Positions 19,843-30,841 of a stretch of DNA of 64,000 bases are shown here, piece after piece. The stretch comes from an uncultured Clostridiaceae bacterium (GTDB lineage Bacteria; Bacillota; Clostridia; TANB77; CAG-465). Numbering within the stretch: position 1 is the first letter of the stretch; each line of letters opens with the position of its first letter. The position numbers and the translations under genes are program-made. The notes below the pieces were generated by a model that saw only the letters and a program-made list of their open reading frames with translations, was not told the DNA's origin and made no database searches. Location: positions 4,182 through 68,181 of the forward strand of contig CAZZFS010000004.1 of NCBI GenBank assembly GCA_964653805.1. Direction: 5' to 3'.

Positions 19843-20289
19843 ATGAAATCAGAAGCTGAATGTATTGAACGGATTGCAGGATTCAATGAACAGGAGTACT
19901 TAGTACTTAATGTTGCCTCCAAAGGTTGGAAAATCAAGAAAAAAGATGAAAAAATGATTTTGATTCCAACTAAAAAAAAGACATGTTTAATGTATATTGA
20001 TTCATATGTTAAACATTTTAAAGTATCAAAGGAAGCAGCACTTGCTTCACTTGAAAGTCTTTGGGAAGAGTTCAAAATTCCAGACCCAGAAAAACTTTTA
20101 GCTGGACTTTTTGCTAAGGAATGTAAAAAAGCAAAAGAAATCGAAGTATTGGAAGATGAAATCAATTTCACACTTGAAGAAGCAATTGAAATTGACGAAA
20201 ATCCACTTCCAAATTACTTAATAACACATAATCATGGGGATGATCCTTTCTCAAATGTCGACTCTTTTTACTTTGAAAAAAGACGTTGA
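19843..20289 (+). CDS. hypothetical protein
   Basis: Strong AAGGAG RBS 8 nt upstream and a terminator downstream. The overlapping minus-strand ORF (19812-20171) is judged spurious. Confidence 0.5.
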   Translation: MKSEAECIERIAGFNEQEYLVLNVASKGWKIKKKDEKMILIPTKKKTCLMYIDSYVKHFKVSKEAALASLESLWEEFKIPDPEKLLAGLFAKECKKAKEIEVLEDEINFTLEEAIEIDENPLPNYLITHNHGDDPFSNVDSFYFEKRR

Positions 20290-20315
20290 CTTAACAAAAA
20301 ACAATAAAAAGTTAC

Positions 20316-20345
20316 GAGATTTCGTAACTTTTTATCGTTTTATTT
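20316..20345. terminator. rho-independent terminator shared by convergent genes
   Basis: aaagttacga-gatt-tcgtaacttt hairpin followed by a T run. Confidence 0.6.
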
Positions 20346-20453
20346 TTTTATATTTTTCATTTTATTAACTTATTATTTTATTAAATTATTAAACAAAAAA
20401 CGCTTAAATTTAATTAAGCGTTTTTTTACATATCATATTTTTATTTTTTATGT

Positions 20454-21953
20454 TTATTCTTCGTCTTCTTCATCTTCACTGTGTTCTTTTGGTTTTAAAA
20501 GTGGATATAAAACTACATCTCTTATACTATAACTACTAGTTAAGAATTGTAAAAATCTATCAATTCCTAGTCCCCATCCTGAAATAGGAGGCATTCCAAA
20601 TTCCATAGCTTTAATATATTCATTATCAATACTCATAGCTTCTTCATCACCAGCAGCTTTTAATTCACTTTGTTCTATGAATCTTTTTTCTTGTTCTTTT
20701 GGATCAACAAGTTCTGAATATCCATTTATTATTTCTTGTCCGTTTACAATAAGTTGGAATCTATCAACTATTGAACTATCATCATCATTTCCTCTTGCAA
20801 GTGGTGATAAATCAAGTGGATGTTTTGTTAAAAATGTTGGTTCAATTATAAATGGTCTACTAACTTTTTTATACAAAGTATCTATTAAATTCCCTCTACC
20901 TAATTTTTCAATATCAGGATCTTCTAATACTATATTGTTTGCTTTTATTTCAGTTAATAATTCTTTTGCTGTAGGATATTTATCTATATCTATGCCACAA
21001 TCTTTTATTAACAATTCTCTAAAGCTAACAATTTTCCATTCTCCACCAAAATCAATATCTTTTTCTCCAATTTTTACTACTAAACTACCTTCAAATAATT
21101 CTGAAATTATATATTTTATCATTTTTTCCATAAACTTCATATTATCTTCATAGTTCCAATATGCACTGTATCCTTCAACCATAGTAAAATCTTGTAAATG
21201 ATTTACACTAACACCTTCATTTCTAAAATTTCTTGCAACTTCATATACATTGTTGAATCCACCAAGTATTAATTTTTTTAATGTAAGTTCTGGTGATATT
21301 CTAAGATATACATCTAAGTCATAAGTATTATGATGTGTTGTAAATGGTCTTGCTGTTGCTCCTGAAGCTGTATTTTGAAGTACAGGAGTATCAACTTCCA
21401 TAAATCCATTATTATCTAAGAAATTTCTAAGTAATCTAACAAATTTAGTTCTAAGTAAAAATCTTTTTTTAGCATCTTGATTCATTATTAAATCTAAATG
21501 TCTTTCTCTATAAATAACATCTTGATTACTTAAACCATGCCATTTTTCAGGTAATGGTCTTAAAGATTTACCTAAAAAAGTGTATTCTTTAGTTTTAATA
21601 CTTTTTTCACCTGAATTTGTTGTGAATATTTCACCATTTATACCTATGAAATCGCCAATATCAAGCGTTTCATGTACTTTTTTGTATAATTCTTCACCTA
21701 TATCATCTTTTTTGATTATAACTTGTATTTTACCTTCTATATCACTAATGTCTATAAATGTTATTTTACCCATTTTTCTTTTAGACATAACTCTACCTGC
21801 AACGTAAACTTCATTTATTCCATCTTCTAATTTTATTGCTTGTGCTATATAATGAGTTACTGGAAATCTATCAGGATATGTTTTTATTCCGGCTTCTTCC
21901 ATAACTTTCATTTTATCTTCACGTATTTTTTTTAATTCTTTTAAATCTGCCAT
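20454..21953 (-). CDS. lysS: lysyl-tRNA synthetase (class II)
   Basis: 499 aa, with an OB-fold N-domain and class II motifs. Confidence 0.9.
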   Translation of the reverse strand: MADLKELKKIREDKMKVMEEAGIKTYPDRFPVTHYIAQAIKLEDGINEVYVAGRVMSKRKMGKITFIDISDIEGKIQVIIKKDDIGEELYKKVHETLDIGDFIGINGEIFTTNSGEKSIKTKEYTFLGKSLRPLPEKWHGLSNQDVIYRERHLDLIMNQDAKKRFLLRTKFVRLLRNFLDNNGFMEVDTPVLQNTASGATARPFTTHHNTYDLDVYLRISPELTLKKLILGGFNNVYEVARNFRNEGVSVNHLQDFTMVEGYSAYWNYEDNMKFMEKMIKYIISELFEGSLVVKIGEKDIDFGGEWKIVSFRELLIKDCGIDIDKYPTAKELLTEIKANNIVLEDPDIEKLGRGNLIDTLYKKVSRPFIIEPTFLTKHPLDLSPLARGNDDDSSIVDRFQLIVNGQEIINGYSELVDPKEQEKRFIEQSELKAAGDEEAMSIDNEYIKAMEFGMPPISGWGLGIDRFLQFLTSSYSIRDVVLYPLLKPKEHSEDEEDEE

Positions 21954-22091
21954 AATTTTTCCTCCATAACAAGATAATTATAAAAATAATTATCTATTAT
22001 ATATTACCATAATACTTGGGTTTTGTCAAATAAGAAAAGCCTTTAACTACTTAAAGTTAAAGACTTTTTAAAATTTGTTTAATAATTTAAA

Positions 22092-22460
22092 CTATTTCAT
22101 TTCTACAGAAGCACCAGCAGCTTTTAAAGCTTCTACTAATTTTTCTGCTTCTTCTTTTTCGATTCCTTCTTTTACTGCTTTAGGAGCTGAATCTACTAAT
22201 TCTTTAGCTTCTTTTAATCCTAATCCAGTTGCTTCTCTAACAGCTTTTATAACTGCTATTTTTGTTGAACCAGCATCTTTTAATATTACATCAAATTCTG
22301 ATTTTTCAGCAGCAGCAGCGCCACCTTCAGCAGGTCCAGCAGCTACAACAGCAGCAGCAGCACTTACTCCAAATTTTTCTTCTATTGCTTTAACTAAATC
22401 AGCAAGTTCTATTACTGTTAATTTTTCGATTTCTTCAATCATTTTTTCTATTTTTTCCAT
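22092..22460 (-). CDS. rplL: 50S ribosomal protein L7/L12
   Basis: Ala-rich hinge with a conserved C-terminal domain, 122 aa. Confidence 0.95.
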   Translation of the reverse strand: MEKIEKMIEEIEKLTVIELADLVKAIEEKFGVSAAAAVVAAGPAEGGAAAAEKSEFDVILKDAGSTKIAVIKAVREATGLGLKEAKELVDSAPKAVKEGIEKEEAEKLVEALKAAGASVEMK

Positions 22461-22513
22461 TTCTTTTTCCTCCTCGAATTTATTTTAATTTAATTTTTAA
22501 ATTTACATTTAAA

Positions 22514-23014
22514 TTATACGTTTTCAGTTTGTTTTTCTCTTGTTTGATCAAGAACTACTGCTAAATTACGTATATTTCCAAGTAATGCAGATGCAACCAT
22601 AGCATATAATGTATCTCTTGATGGTAAGTTTGCAAGTTTTTTAACTTCAGTTGTATCTATTACTTTATGATCCATAACACCTAATTTTATTTTATAGAAA
22701 TCATGTTTTTTCATGTAATCATTTACTGCTTTTGCAGGTGTTACATAATCTTCATAACCTATAACTACTGCTGTTGGTCCTTCTAGAGTTTCTACTCCTT
22801 CAATTCCAGCTGCTTTCATAGCATGAGTTATTATTGAATTTTTAAGAACAATATATTCATTGTTATCTTCTCTTATTGTTTGACGAAGTTTAACGTCATC
22901 TTCAACGCTTATACCTCTATATTCAGTTAAAACAATCATTTTTGCTTTTTTTAATTTTTCTGTCAACATAACAACTTGTTCTTTTTTTCTGTTTAAGATT
23001 TTTTCACTTGGCAT
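22514..23014 (-). CDS. rplJ: 50S ribosomal protein L10
   Basis: Position in the cluster, 166 aa. Confidence 0.9.
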   Translation of the reverse strand: MPSEKILNRKKEQVVMLTEKLKKAKMIVLTEYRGISVEDDVKLRQTIREDNNEYIVLKNSIITHAMKAAGIEGVETLEGPTAVVIGYEDYVTPAKAVNDYMKKHDFYKIKLGVMDHKVIDTTEVKKLANLPSRDTLYAMVASALLGNIRNLAVVLDQTREKQTENV

Positions 23015-23166
23015 TTATTACACCTCCTTAATATATAAAAAAAATTTTTGTAAGACACTACCTAAACGTTTATAGTGTCAAACAAAAATTAAATCTTTTT
23101 ATTTGAATATAAACCTCGGTAGGAATTATGGTTAATACCACCTACTGTCTTAAGTTTTATCTTTTT

Positions 23167-23850
23167 TTATTTTGATGATGGATTTATTTTTATTCCAGCA
23201 CCCATTGTTGTTGTTATTGCAACTGATCTTAAGTAAGTTCCTTTTGCAGCAGCAGGTTTAGCTTTTACTACAACTTCCATTAAAGCAGCGTAGTTTTGTT
23301 TTAACTTTTCTGCACCAAATGAAACTTTACCTATTGGGCAATGCATTATATTAGTTTTATCTAATCTATATTCAATTTTACCAGCTTTGATATCATTGAT
23401 TGCTTTTACAACATCAACAGTTACAGTTCCAGATTTAGGATTTGGCATAAGACCTTTAGGTCCTAATAATTTTGCAATTTTACCAAGAGATGCCATCATA
23501 TCTGGTGTAGCAATAATAGCGTCAAATTCAAACCAATTTTCTTTTTGAATTTTTTCTATCATGTCAACATCACCAACAAAATCAGCTCCAGCTTCTTGTG
23601 CTTGTTGAGCTTTTTCACCTTTAGCAAGTACTAAAACTTTTTTTGTTTTACCAGTTCCGTTTGGAAGAACTAACACACCTCTAACTTGTTGGTCTGCTTG
23701 TCTTGAATCTACACCTAATTTAATATGTAATTCAACTGTTTCATCAAATTTTGCTTTAGGCATTTTTAAAGCTATATCAATAGCTTCATTAATATCATAA
23801 AGTTTACCTGGTTCAACTAACTTTTCAGCTTCTATCATTCTTTTGCTCAT
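23167..23850 (-). CDS. rplA: 50S ribosomal protein L1
   Basis: Start corrected to [10 protein letters not shown] (ATG at 23850) with a GGGGGG RBS. The track's start at 23898 would abut rplK. Confidence 0.9.
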   Translation of the reverse strand: MSKRMIEAEKLVEPGKLYDINEAIDIALKMPKAKFDETVELHIKLGVDSRQADQQVRGVLVLPNGTGKTKKVLVLAKGEKAQQAQEAGADFVGDVDMIEKIQKENWFEFDAIIATPDMMASLGKIAKLLGPKGLMPNPKSGTVTVDVVKAINDIKAGKIEYRLDKTNIMHCPIGKVSFGAEKLKQNYAALMEVVVKAKPAAAKGTYLRSVAITTTMGAGIKINPSSK

Positions 23851-23900
23851 TTTCTTTTTCCCCCCTTTGGTTCCAGCGAATTTTTTAAATTCTCCCAATA

Positions 23901-24332
23901 TTAATCTATAACTACAATCCCCATTGATCTTGCAGTACCTTTTATAGTAGATACAGCACTATCGATTGATGATGCGTTTAGATCTTTCATTTTTAAATTT
24001 GCGATTTCCTCTACTTGAGCAACTGTTATTTTAGCAACTTTTTCTTTATGAGGTTTACTAGAACCTTTTTCGATTTTAGCTGCTTGTTTTAACAATACTG
24101 CTGCAGGTGGAGTTTTTAAAATATAGTCAAATGTTTTATCAGAGTAAACATTTAAAACTACTGGAAATACCATTCCTGTATCTTTAGCTGTTTTTTCATT
24201 GAAATCTTTACAAAATTGCATTATATTTATACCAGTTGGTCCAAGTGCAGGTCCTACTGGTGGTGCTGGATTAGCTTTACCAGCTTGTATTTGTAATTTA
24301 ACTATATGTGTTATTTTCTTTTCTGCCATCAT
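23901..24332 (-). CDS. rplK: 50S ribosomal protein L11
   Basis: [11 protein letters not shown] motif. Start at the ATG after the GGAGGTG RBS. The track's start is the GTG inside the RBS. Confidence 0.9.
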   Translation of the reverse strand: MMAEKKITHIVKLQIQAGKANPAPPVGPALGPTGINIMQFCKDFNEKTAKDTGMVFPVVLNVYSDKTFDYILKTPPAAVLLKQAAKIEKGSSKPHKEKVAKITVAQVEEIANLKMKDLNASSIDSAVSTIKGTARSMGIVVID

Positions 24333-24439
24333 TTTCACCTCCTTAATATAGGATTTTATTATATTAAAATTTTACTAAAAATAATATAAATAAATATATA
24401 TAATTTTTAACTAAAACTTCAAAAACAAATTAAATTTTA

Positions 24440-24979
24440 TTAAACTTTTTGTATTTGATCAAATTCTAAATCAACAGTAGTTTCTCTACCAAACATAGAT
24501 ATTTTAACCTTAACTCTTCTTTTATCTTTATAGATTTCTTCAATAAAGGCTGGATAATTATAAAAAGGTTCAGTTGTTATTCTAACACTATCTCCAACTT
24601 CATAATCTAGATTTATTACATTATCTATTCCAAGTGTTTGCATTTCTTTTTCTGTAAGAGGTAAAGGTTTATCACCAACTCCAACAAAATTAAAAACACC
24701 TTTAATATTTTTAACAACATACCATGTTTCGTCTTCCATTATCATTTTAACTAAAACATAACCAGGAAAAACTTTTTTAATAGATGTTTTTTGTTTTCCA
24801 TCTTTTATTTCTATTTCTTCTTCCATAGGTATTATTATTTCTAATATTTTTTCTTCTAACCCTCTATTTTCAACCAATTTTTCTAGAGTTGCTTTTACTT
24901 TATTCTCATAACCAGAATACGTATAAACAACATACCAATGTGCTAAATCATTGTTGTTATTTTCTTCCAATATTACCAA
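24440..24979 (-). CDS. nusG: transcription termination/antitermination factor NusG
   Basis: NGN plus KOW domains, upstream of rplK. Confidence 0.9.
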   Translation of the reverse strand: MVILEENNNNDLAHWYVVYTYSGYENKVKATLEKLVENRGLEEKILEIIIPMEEEIEIKDGKQKTSIKKVFPGYVLVKMIMEDETWYVVKNIKGVFNFVGVGDKPLPLTEKEMQTLGIDNVINLDYEVGDSVRITTEPFYNYPAFIEEIYKDKRRVKVKISMFGRETTVDLEFDQIQKV

Positions 24980-25024
24980 CTCCTTAAACTATTATAAACT
25001 AACTTTATAAAACAACTTATTATA

Positions 25025-25267
25025 TTAAGCTATTATCTTGTTTGTTATAACATCCCATAATTTTGTATTTAAGAAATCTACTATCATATCAAAACCAAGT
25101 ATTATAACAGAAAAAGCAACAACTAATACTAATACTAATGCAGTATTATTTAATAATTGTTTTCTTGTAGGCCAAACAACCTTTTTTAATTCAGCTTTAA
25201 CAGTCTTTAAAAAACTAACGCTTTTATTCTCATTTTTTGCTTTATTTGCTTTATCTTTACTTGCCAT
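25025..25267 (-). CDS. secE: preprotein translocase subunit SecE
   Basis: Single C-terminal TM helix, position between rpmG and nusG. Confidence 0.8.
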   Translation of the reverse strand: MASKDKANKAKNENKSVSFLKTVKAELKKVVWPTRKQLLNNTALVLVLVVAFSVIILGFDMIVDFLNTKLWDVITNKIIA

Positions 25268-25298
25268 ATAAAGTCAACTCCTTTTACTACTACAACTA

Positions 25299-25448
25299 CT
25301 ATTTTGTTTCTTTATGTATAGTATGTTTACCACAGAATTTACAAAATTTACTTTTTTCTAATCTATCAGGATTATTTTTTTTATTTTTTTCTGTTTCATA
25401 ATTTCTTTGTTTGCATTCTGTACATGCCATTGTTAAATTTTCTCTCAT
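25299..25448 (-). CDS. rpmG: 50S ribosomal protein L33
   Basis: Reverse-strand translation gives [49 protein letters not shown]. The gene is too short for the ORF track. Coordinates are +/- 1 nt because of homopolymer counting. Confidence 0.75.
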   Translation of the reverse strand: MRENLTMACTECKQRNYETEKNKKNNPDRLEKSKFCKFCGKHTIHKETK

Positions 25449-25705
25449 TAAAAAACACCTCCACGTTATTTTATTCATGTATGCTAAAATATTTTAACAT
25501 AAAACTTATAATTTGTCAACCAAATATAAAGTTTTGTTTAAAGGTTTCATGATTTTATATATTTTAACACTTTTTTTCTTTAATTTTTATATTATTTTTA
25601 AATTAAAAACAAACTTCAATTTAATTATATCATACTTATATATTTTTTAAAACAAAAAACTCTTTATTTTAAACTTTATATAATATAATGTATATAATTA
25701 TATTA

Positions 25706-26620
25706 TTAGATTAATTTCTCTCTTATATTATAAAATAAATGTTCTTGAATAATACCAGCAAAATCTGAAAAATTTTTATTAGCATATTCCAAAATCATAT
25801 TTTTATTAATATTTTCATTTATTTTTTCAAAATATAATTTTTTCATTACTCTTTCGACCCAAACATCAATTGGGAAAACTTCTTTTCTTCCAAATGAAAA
25901 AAGTAATATACAATCAGAAACTTTTGGTCCAATACCATTAAACTCAAGTAATTTTTCTTTAATTTTAAAAGTCTCAAGTTTATTTAATTCTTCAAAACTT
26001 ATACTTTCATTTGAAATTTTTTCAATTGCATTTTTTATATACTTATCTCTAAAACCAACTCCACAAGATTTGAATTCTTCTTCAGTAATGTTTTTTAAAA
26101 CTTCAAGCTTTGGAAATAAATAATAACAATTTTCAAGATTCGGGAATAAATAATTAAAATCATCACTAAATTCAACTTTCTCACCATATCTTTTTGATAT
26201 TTCTTCTATTGATTTAGATATCCTTGGTATATTATTGTTTGCAGAAATTATATATGAAATAAGTGTTTCAAAAAAATCTTGATTTAAAAGTCTAAGTCCA
26301 GTTGAATTTCTAACTGCATTTTTTATATTATAATCTATTTTAATAATATTTTTTTCAATAGATTCATAATCAACATTTAAATCAAAATATTTAATAATAA
26401 CCTCTTCTATATTTTTCATATTATTACTTGTTATATATAGTTTATTTTCTTCTTGTCTAATTAATACAACTCTATCTTTTATAATACCTAAATATTGATC
26501 ATAGTTATTAACATTATCAACTTTTTTCCATCTAAAACATTGTCCACATTCTAAAGTTATTTTCAAGTTAAAACATTTAACTTCAATACATATTTCATTA
26601 TTTTTCATATTTCCACACAA
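25706..26620 (-). CDS. ogg: 8-oxoguanine DNA glycosylase, Ogg1 family (HhH-GPD)
   Basis: HhH-GPD motif (LLEFNGIGPKVSDCILLFSFGR...PIDVWV) and an Ogg N-terminal domain, similar in architecture to clostridial Ogg. Confidence 0.7.
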   Translation of the reverse strand: MCGNMKNNEICIEVKCFNLKITLECGQCFRWKKVDNVNNYDQYLGIIKDRVVLIRQEENKLYITSNNMKNIEEVIIKYFDLNVDYESIEKNIIKIDYNIKNAVRNSTGLRLLNQDFFETLISYIISANNNIPRISKSIEEISKRYGEKVEFSDDFNYLFPNLENCYYLFPKLEVLKNITEEEFKSCGVGFRDKYIKNAIEKISNESISFEELNKLETFKIKEKLLEFNGIGPKVSDCILLFSFGRKEVFPIDVWVERVMKKLYFEKINENINKNMILEYANKNFSDFAGIIQEHLFYNIREKLI

Positions 26621-26683
26621 CCTTTTATAAATTATTTTAAATATAAAAAAAAATACCTAAACTTTAATAGTTTAAGTATATTA

Positions 26684-26757
<74 letters not shown>

Positions 26758-26912
26758 ATTAATTTATTTTAATGTTGCTGTTCCTTAATGCATTATTATT
26801 ATACTAATAATTATATTATTTGTCAATAGTTTTTTTAAAATTTTCTATTTTTTATTTTTTTATGGAGCAATCTTACAATAAGTGACAAACCTTTTTATTT
26901 ATTTGTATTTTA

Positions 26913-27620
26913 TTATTTATTTTTTAATTTAAAAACTTTTCTATTTTTTATTCTATAAGTCCTTCCAGTATATTTTTCTGTATGCAGTAAATATTTTATT
27001 TTATCACCCATATATTCTTCGCCCTTATCAATTGCTATCTCGTTCCAGCTTGGAGTCACGATATTATTATCATTTAATAAATTTAAATCAAAAGTTAATA
27101 CCATTGTTTTTACTTCTTCTATTTTCTTTATAATTTTTTTTGGTGCTTTTAATATTATTGTAAAATTGTACTTATTTCCTTCTGTTTTTTCAATTTGTAT
27201 ATATTTTTGTCTTTCAATAGGTTCAAATTCTAACAAATTAACTTCAGTCTCAATTTTAATTTTTAAATCATCAATTGAAAACATTTGTATCCTTTTATTT
27301 GAATTATTTATTATATTTATAATGAATCTAATATCATTATGATCTCCTTCACATATTTTTTTATCTTGATTCAATTTGGATATGTAATCTTTTTCATTAA
27401 ACTCATTAACAAATGTTTCTTTTAATTTCTGTTCTTTAATAATTAATTCAAATCCGGTATTGTCATATTTAGTATATAAATATTGTTCTTCAGCAAAATC
27501 CGTAATTATACTTTCTAGATTGTTATCTATTGTTTTAAGTTGTTTTGATTGTTTATATAATTGTATAATTGAAATAACTACTCCAATAAATGTCAATCCA
27601 AGTCCAATTTTTCCGACCAT
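26913..27620 (-). CDS. hypothetical protein with N-terminal TM helix
   Basis: ORF only, no recognisable family. Confidence 0.4.
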   Translation of the reverse strand: MVGKIGLGLTFIGVVISIIQLYKQSKQLKTIDNNLESIITDFAEEQYLYTKYDNTGFELIIKEQKLKETFVNEFNEKDYISKLNQDKKICEGDHNDIRFIINIINNSNKRIQMFSIDDLKIKIETEVNLLEFEPIERQKYIQIEKTEGNKYNFTIILKAPKKIIKKIEEVKTMVLTFDLNLLNDNNIVTPSWNEIAIDKGEEYMGDKIKYLLHTEKYTGRTYRIKNRKVFKLKNK

Positions 27621-27724
27621 ATTAATACCTCACTTAATATATTATATATTTTTATTAATCTAAATTCTTTTATTTGAAGAAATCTTCCAACAGGCATAAA
27701 ACCTTTTTAATTATTTTTTTATCA

Positions 27725-28108
27725 TTATTTATTATTTTCTTTCACTCCAAATTGTTTAGCAAAATTAGCTAATGATTCTAGTGTTTCTGCACCTTTTTGT
27801 GGATCTTGAAAATATCCTCCTAAAAATTTGCTAGCCATTTCATTCTTCATTTTTTCTTCATTCTCTTTTAAGGCCAAATCTCTTTCTGCTAATTTTAATT
27901 TTATCTGTTCTTCTGTATTTACTTTCATTCTTTCAATTTCTTTATCTGATGCTTCTATTATCTTTTGTATTTCATTATCAGCCTTAATTTGTACTGCTTT
28001 TATATCGTCTTTTGACTTTCTAATTGCAGCTAAATAAGTTAATAAAGAACTAATAACAGGTACTACAATAGATATACCTAATTGCATTTTCCAATCCATA
28101 ATATTCAC
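27725..28108 (-). CDS. hypothetical membrane-anchored coiled-coil protein
   Basis: ORF with an N-terminal TM segment and charged heptad-like repeats. Confidence 0.4.
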   Translation of the reverse strand: MNIMDWKMQLGISIVVPVISSLLTYLAAIRKSKDDIKAVQIKADNEIQKIIEASDKEIERMKVNTEEQIKLKLAERDLALKENEEKMKNEMASKFLGGYFQDPQKGAETLESLANFAKQFGVKENNK

Positions 28109-28114
28109 ACTCCT

Positions 28115-28618
28115 CTATTTTACTTCTTTTTCATATCCTATAAGCCTTTTATCATCTATAATCCAACTACTATCTTCTATTTTTTCAAATCCATATTTTT
28201 CATATAATGACATTGCTATTTTATTATCTATATGAAGCATTAATCTCACGACTTCATAGTTATTTTCTATTGCGTAATTTTCTATATAATCCATAGCATT
28301 TTTAGAATATCCCTTACCTTGACAATCAACATCAATAACTAGTCTATTGATATAAAAGAACTTTTTATTTTTATATTTCCAATTTATAACGTGATATTCT
28401 GGATAATCAAAGTCAGTTAAAGCAAAACTACCAATTATTTTTTTACCGTCCTCTAAAACATACATGTCTTTATCTTTTATATTTTTCTCAAATTCACAAA
28501 AAGGATAAATATCATTCCACATATTTATTTTTTTATTATTATGTATATCTTCAATAATACGTTTATATAATTCATTAATTCTATCTAAATCATCAATTCT
28601 TGCTAACCTTATATTCAT
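28115..28618 (-). CDS. GNAT family N-acetyltransferase
   Basis: Acetyl-CoA binding motif VIDVDCQGKGYSKNAM (Q/RxxGxG/A), 167 aa. Confidence 0.7.
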   Translation of the reverse strand: MNIRLARIDDLDRINELYKRIIEDIHNNKKINMWNDIYPFCEFEKNIKDKDMYVLEDGKKIIGSFALTDFDYPEYHVINWKYKNKKFFYINRLVIDVDCQGKGYSKNAMDYIENYAIENNYEVVRLMLHIDNKIAMSLYEKYGFEKIEDSSWIIDDKRLIGYEKEVK

Positions 28619-28749
28619 AATAATTATTTCCTTTCGTAAAAAATATATTTTTAATATATTACACTATTAAAATTTAAAACTTTATAATTGATTATTTATT
28701 AAACACTTTATTAATAAGTGGATCAATCTTCCAACAGGCATTAAAACTT

Positions 28750-29172
28750 TTATATCTCTTTTTTTATTATTTCACTTAGTAACTCGATTAACCAGTCAGC
28801 ACCAAAAATTAATTTTAAATTCACCATATCTATTAAGTATTTTCTTCTAAAATTATCGTAATCTATTATAATTTCATAGTCTAAATTTTCCAATTTGTTT
28901 CCTTCGTGAACTAAATTGCAACGGAAATATTCATAAATAATTTCTTCAAGAGGAATAATTTTATTCTTCTCTTCTACTCTAATACTTTCCTCAAATTCAA
29001 AAGTCATTATAAATTTTTCGTGCAAATAATTTGTATATCTCTTTTTATTAGATTTTTCATTTGAAAAACGTTTTTTTGCCAAGCTATCTATGCAACATAG
29101 TAACAATAATAAGCAACTAGCTTTTCTATTATTTTTATATAAATACATCGAATCATTGTACATCCATTCCAT
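28750..29172 (-). CDS. hypothetical protein
   Basis: ORF only. Confidence 0.35.
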   Translation of the reverse strand: MEWMYNDSMYLYKNNRKASCLLLLLCCIDSLAKKRFSNEKSNKKRYTNYLHEKFIMTFEFEESIRVEEKNKIIPLEEIIYEYFRCNLVHEGNKLENLDYEIIIDYDNFRRKYLIDMVNLKLIFGADWLIELLSEIIKKEI

Positions 29173-29254
29173 ATTTTATCACCTATACTAATTATACATT
29201 ACTTTTTACAAAAAGAAAACGAACTTCTTATTAGAAGTTCAATTAATCTCTAAA

Positions 29255-29328
29255 TGGAGCGGGTTGTGGGAATCGGACCCACGCCAAAAGATCGGAAGCC
29301 TTTTATACTGCCACTATACTAAACCCGC
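29255..29328 (-). tRNA. tRNA-Gly (anticodon UCC), second distinct gene, with G37 and a G-U closing pair in the anticodon stem
   Basis: The reverse complement is GCGGGTTTAGTATAGTGGCAGTATAAAAGGCUUCCGAUCUUUUGGCGUGGGUCCGAUUCCCACAACCCGCUCCA. Its T-arm and acceptor 3' half are identical to the tRNA at 26684-26757. Confidence 0.6.
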
Positions 29329-29488
29329 AAACTATATAATTTAATTATAACTGTTTTTATTTAATAAATCAAGATATTTTTGAAATTTAAAAAATAAAAG
29401 CGGTAAAATTTAATTTACCACTTTTTATTTAATATATTCGATTAATTACTAAAATTATATTTTCACTTTAATATTAGTGAATTTATAT

Positions 29489-30622
29489 TTAATTTTTTAA
29501 TAATCCATTATTTTTAATAACCGATAATATATTGATTTTTTTAACATCTTGCTGAACCTCACCAAAAAATGCCTCACATATCAAATGTGAATTATATTTT
29601 TTATTATGATTTTTTAGTTCTATTTTTTGAATACAATGATCATATATTCTAAACAATATATAACCTGGCTTATATGGAATTAAACCATTATCATTTTCTA
29701 TCAGATGCCCCTTTTCATCAAAAAGAAAATATCTGTGCAATCCTTTTTTAGGATAAAAATATTTTGCACCTTTCATTTCAAAAAAATTTATCGTTATCTT
29801 TTCATTTGAATCACGAACTTTTTCAACTTTAACAATATCTTGGCCTAATATTAATTCTTTAGATTCAACCGATTTATTACTATTTGATTCAAAAGACCAA
29901 TACTGAAAACGTAATCCTTGACATTTTGCTTTTAAAGCTAATACTTTGTCCGAAGTAATAACTACAGGATTGTATTTTTCTTTTAAGTCAAATGCTGTTT
30001 GCACTATAAATGAATCTGAATTTTCTTCTCTCCAACCAGCCAAACTTGTTTTTTTAGGTATTGGTATAACTAAACTTTCATCTTCAAGAGCTAGTCTAAG
30101 CAAATTCTTTGCATTATATCCACATGAATTCGGATTTTTTTGCTGCTTATCCAATTCCTCTATAACAATTGATGTAAATATGCAAATAACACCCTTGTTT
30201 TTTAATATTTCAACCACCTCATCAATACCTATTATTGATGTATCCAAAACAACATACTCACCTTTTTTTAAACCTTCACCAATTTTTTGATGATCATTTT
30301 TTACTTCTTCAGTAACAGCTATTGTTGTTTGTTCATCAATTGTTCTTTCTTCAACAATTTTTTCTATTACCACTTCTGCGTCATCAAGTTTAACATCTGG
30401 TTTAACTACACTTTTTTTAATGCTAGTTGAACTTTTTTGAACCTCATTTTGTTTAAACTTCCATCTTAAATCATTTACTTTTTCTTTATCAAAAGCTGAT
30501 TTTAAAGAATAATTAAACTGAGTAATATTCAAATTCAATTTTAACAAAACGTCTTTTTTCACCATACCTTTTTCAGCTAGTTCTAAAATTAACCGAGCAT
30601 CTTTTTTTGAATCTCTTCGCAT
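29489..30622 (-). CDS. PIN-domain containing protein (377 aa, PIN core flanked by N- and C-terminal extensions)
   Basis: VVLDTSIIG...FTSIVIEELDK acidic PIN signature in the central region. Confidence 0.5.
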   Translation of the reverse strand: MRRDSKKDARLILELAEKGMVKKDVLLKLNLNITQFNYSLKSAFDKEKVNDLRWKFKQNEVQKSSTSIKKSVVKPDVKLDDAEVVIEKIVEERTIDEQTTIAVTEEVKNDHQKIGEGLKKGEYVVLDTSIIGIDEVVEILKNKGVICIFTSIVIEELDKQQKNPNSCGYNAKNLLRLALEDESLVIPIPKKTSLAGWREENSDSFIVQTAFDLKEKYNPVVITSDKVLALKAKCQGLRFQYWSFESNSNKSVESKELILGQDIVKVEKVRDSNEKITINFFEMKGAKYFYPKKGLHRYFLFDEKGHLIENDNGLIPYKPGYILFRIYDHCIQKIELKNHNKKYNSHLICEAFFGEVQQDVKKINILSVIKNNGLLKN

Positions 30623-30841
30623 GTTTTTCTCCTGTTGTTTATTTATTTTTTTACAATTAACCTTCCACTTAAAATTTCATATGGATTTAAAATAATCATA
30701 TAAGATATTTTAACACAATTATGTTTTTATGTCAAGTTGGGTTTTTAAAAAAGCTATTTAGTATTTATAAAAAGAAAAAAGTAATAACATACCATTTGGT
30801 ATAATTATTACTTTTAAACCTTTTCATTTTTTAATTAGATA

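Noticed and set aside
19812-20171. Minus-strand 119-aa ORF
   Set aside because: It overlaps the plus-strand gene 19843-20289, which has a canonical RBS and terminator. The minus-strand ORF lacks an RBS.
21954-22091. Possible T-box leader upstream of lysS
   Set aside because: The intergenic region is only ~138 nt, too short for a T-box. No specifier/antiterminator pattern was seen.
22075-22488. Plus-strand 137-aa ORF
   Set aside because: Antisense to rplL. Its Ala/Ser-rich composition is a shadow of the L7/L12 Ala-rich hinge.
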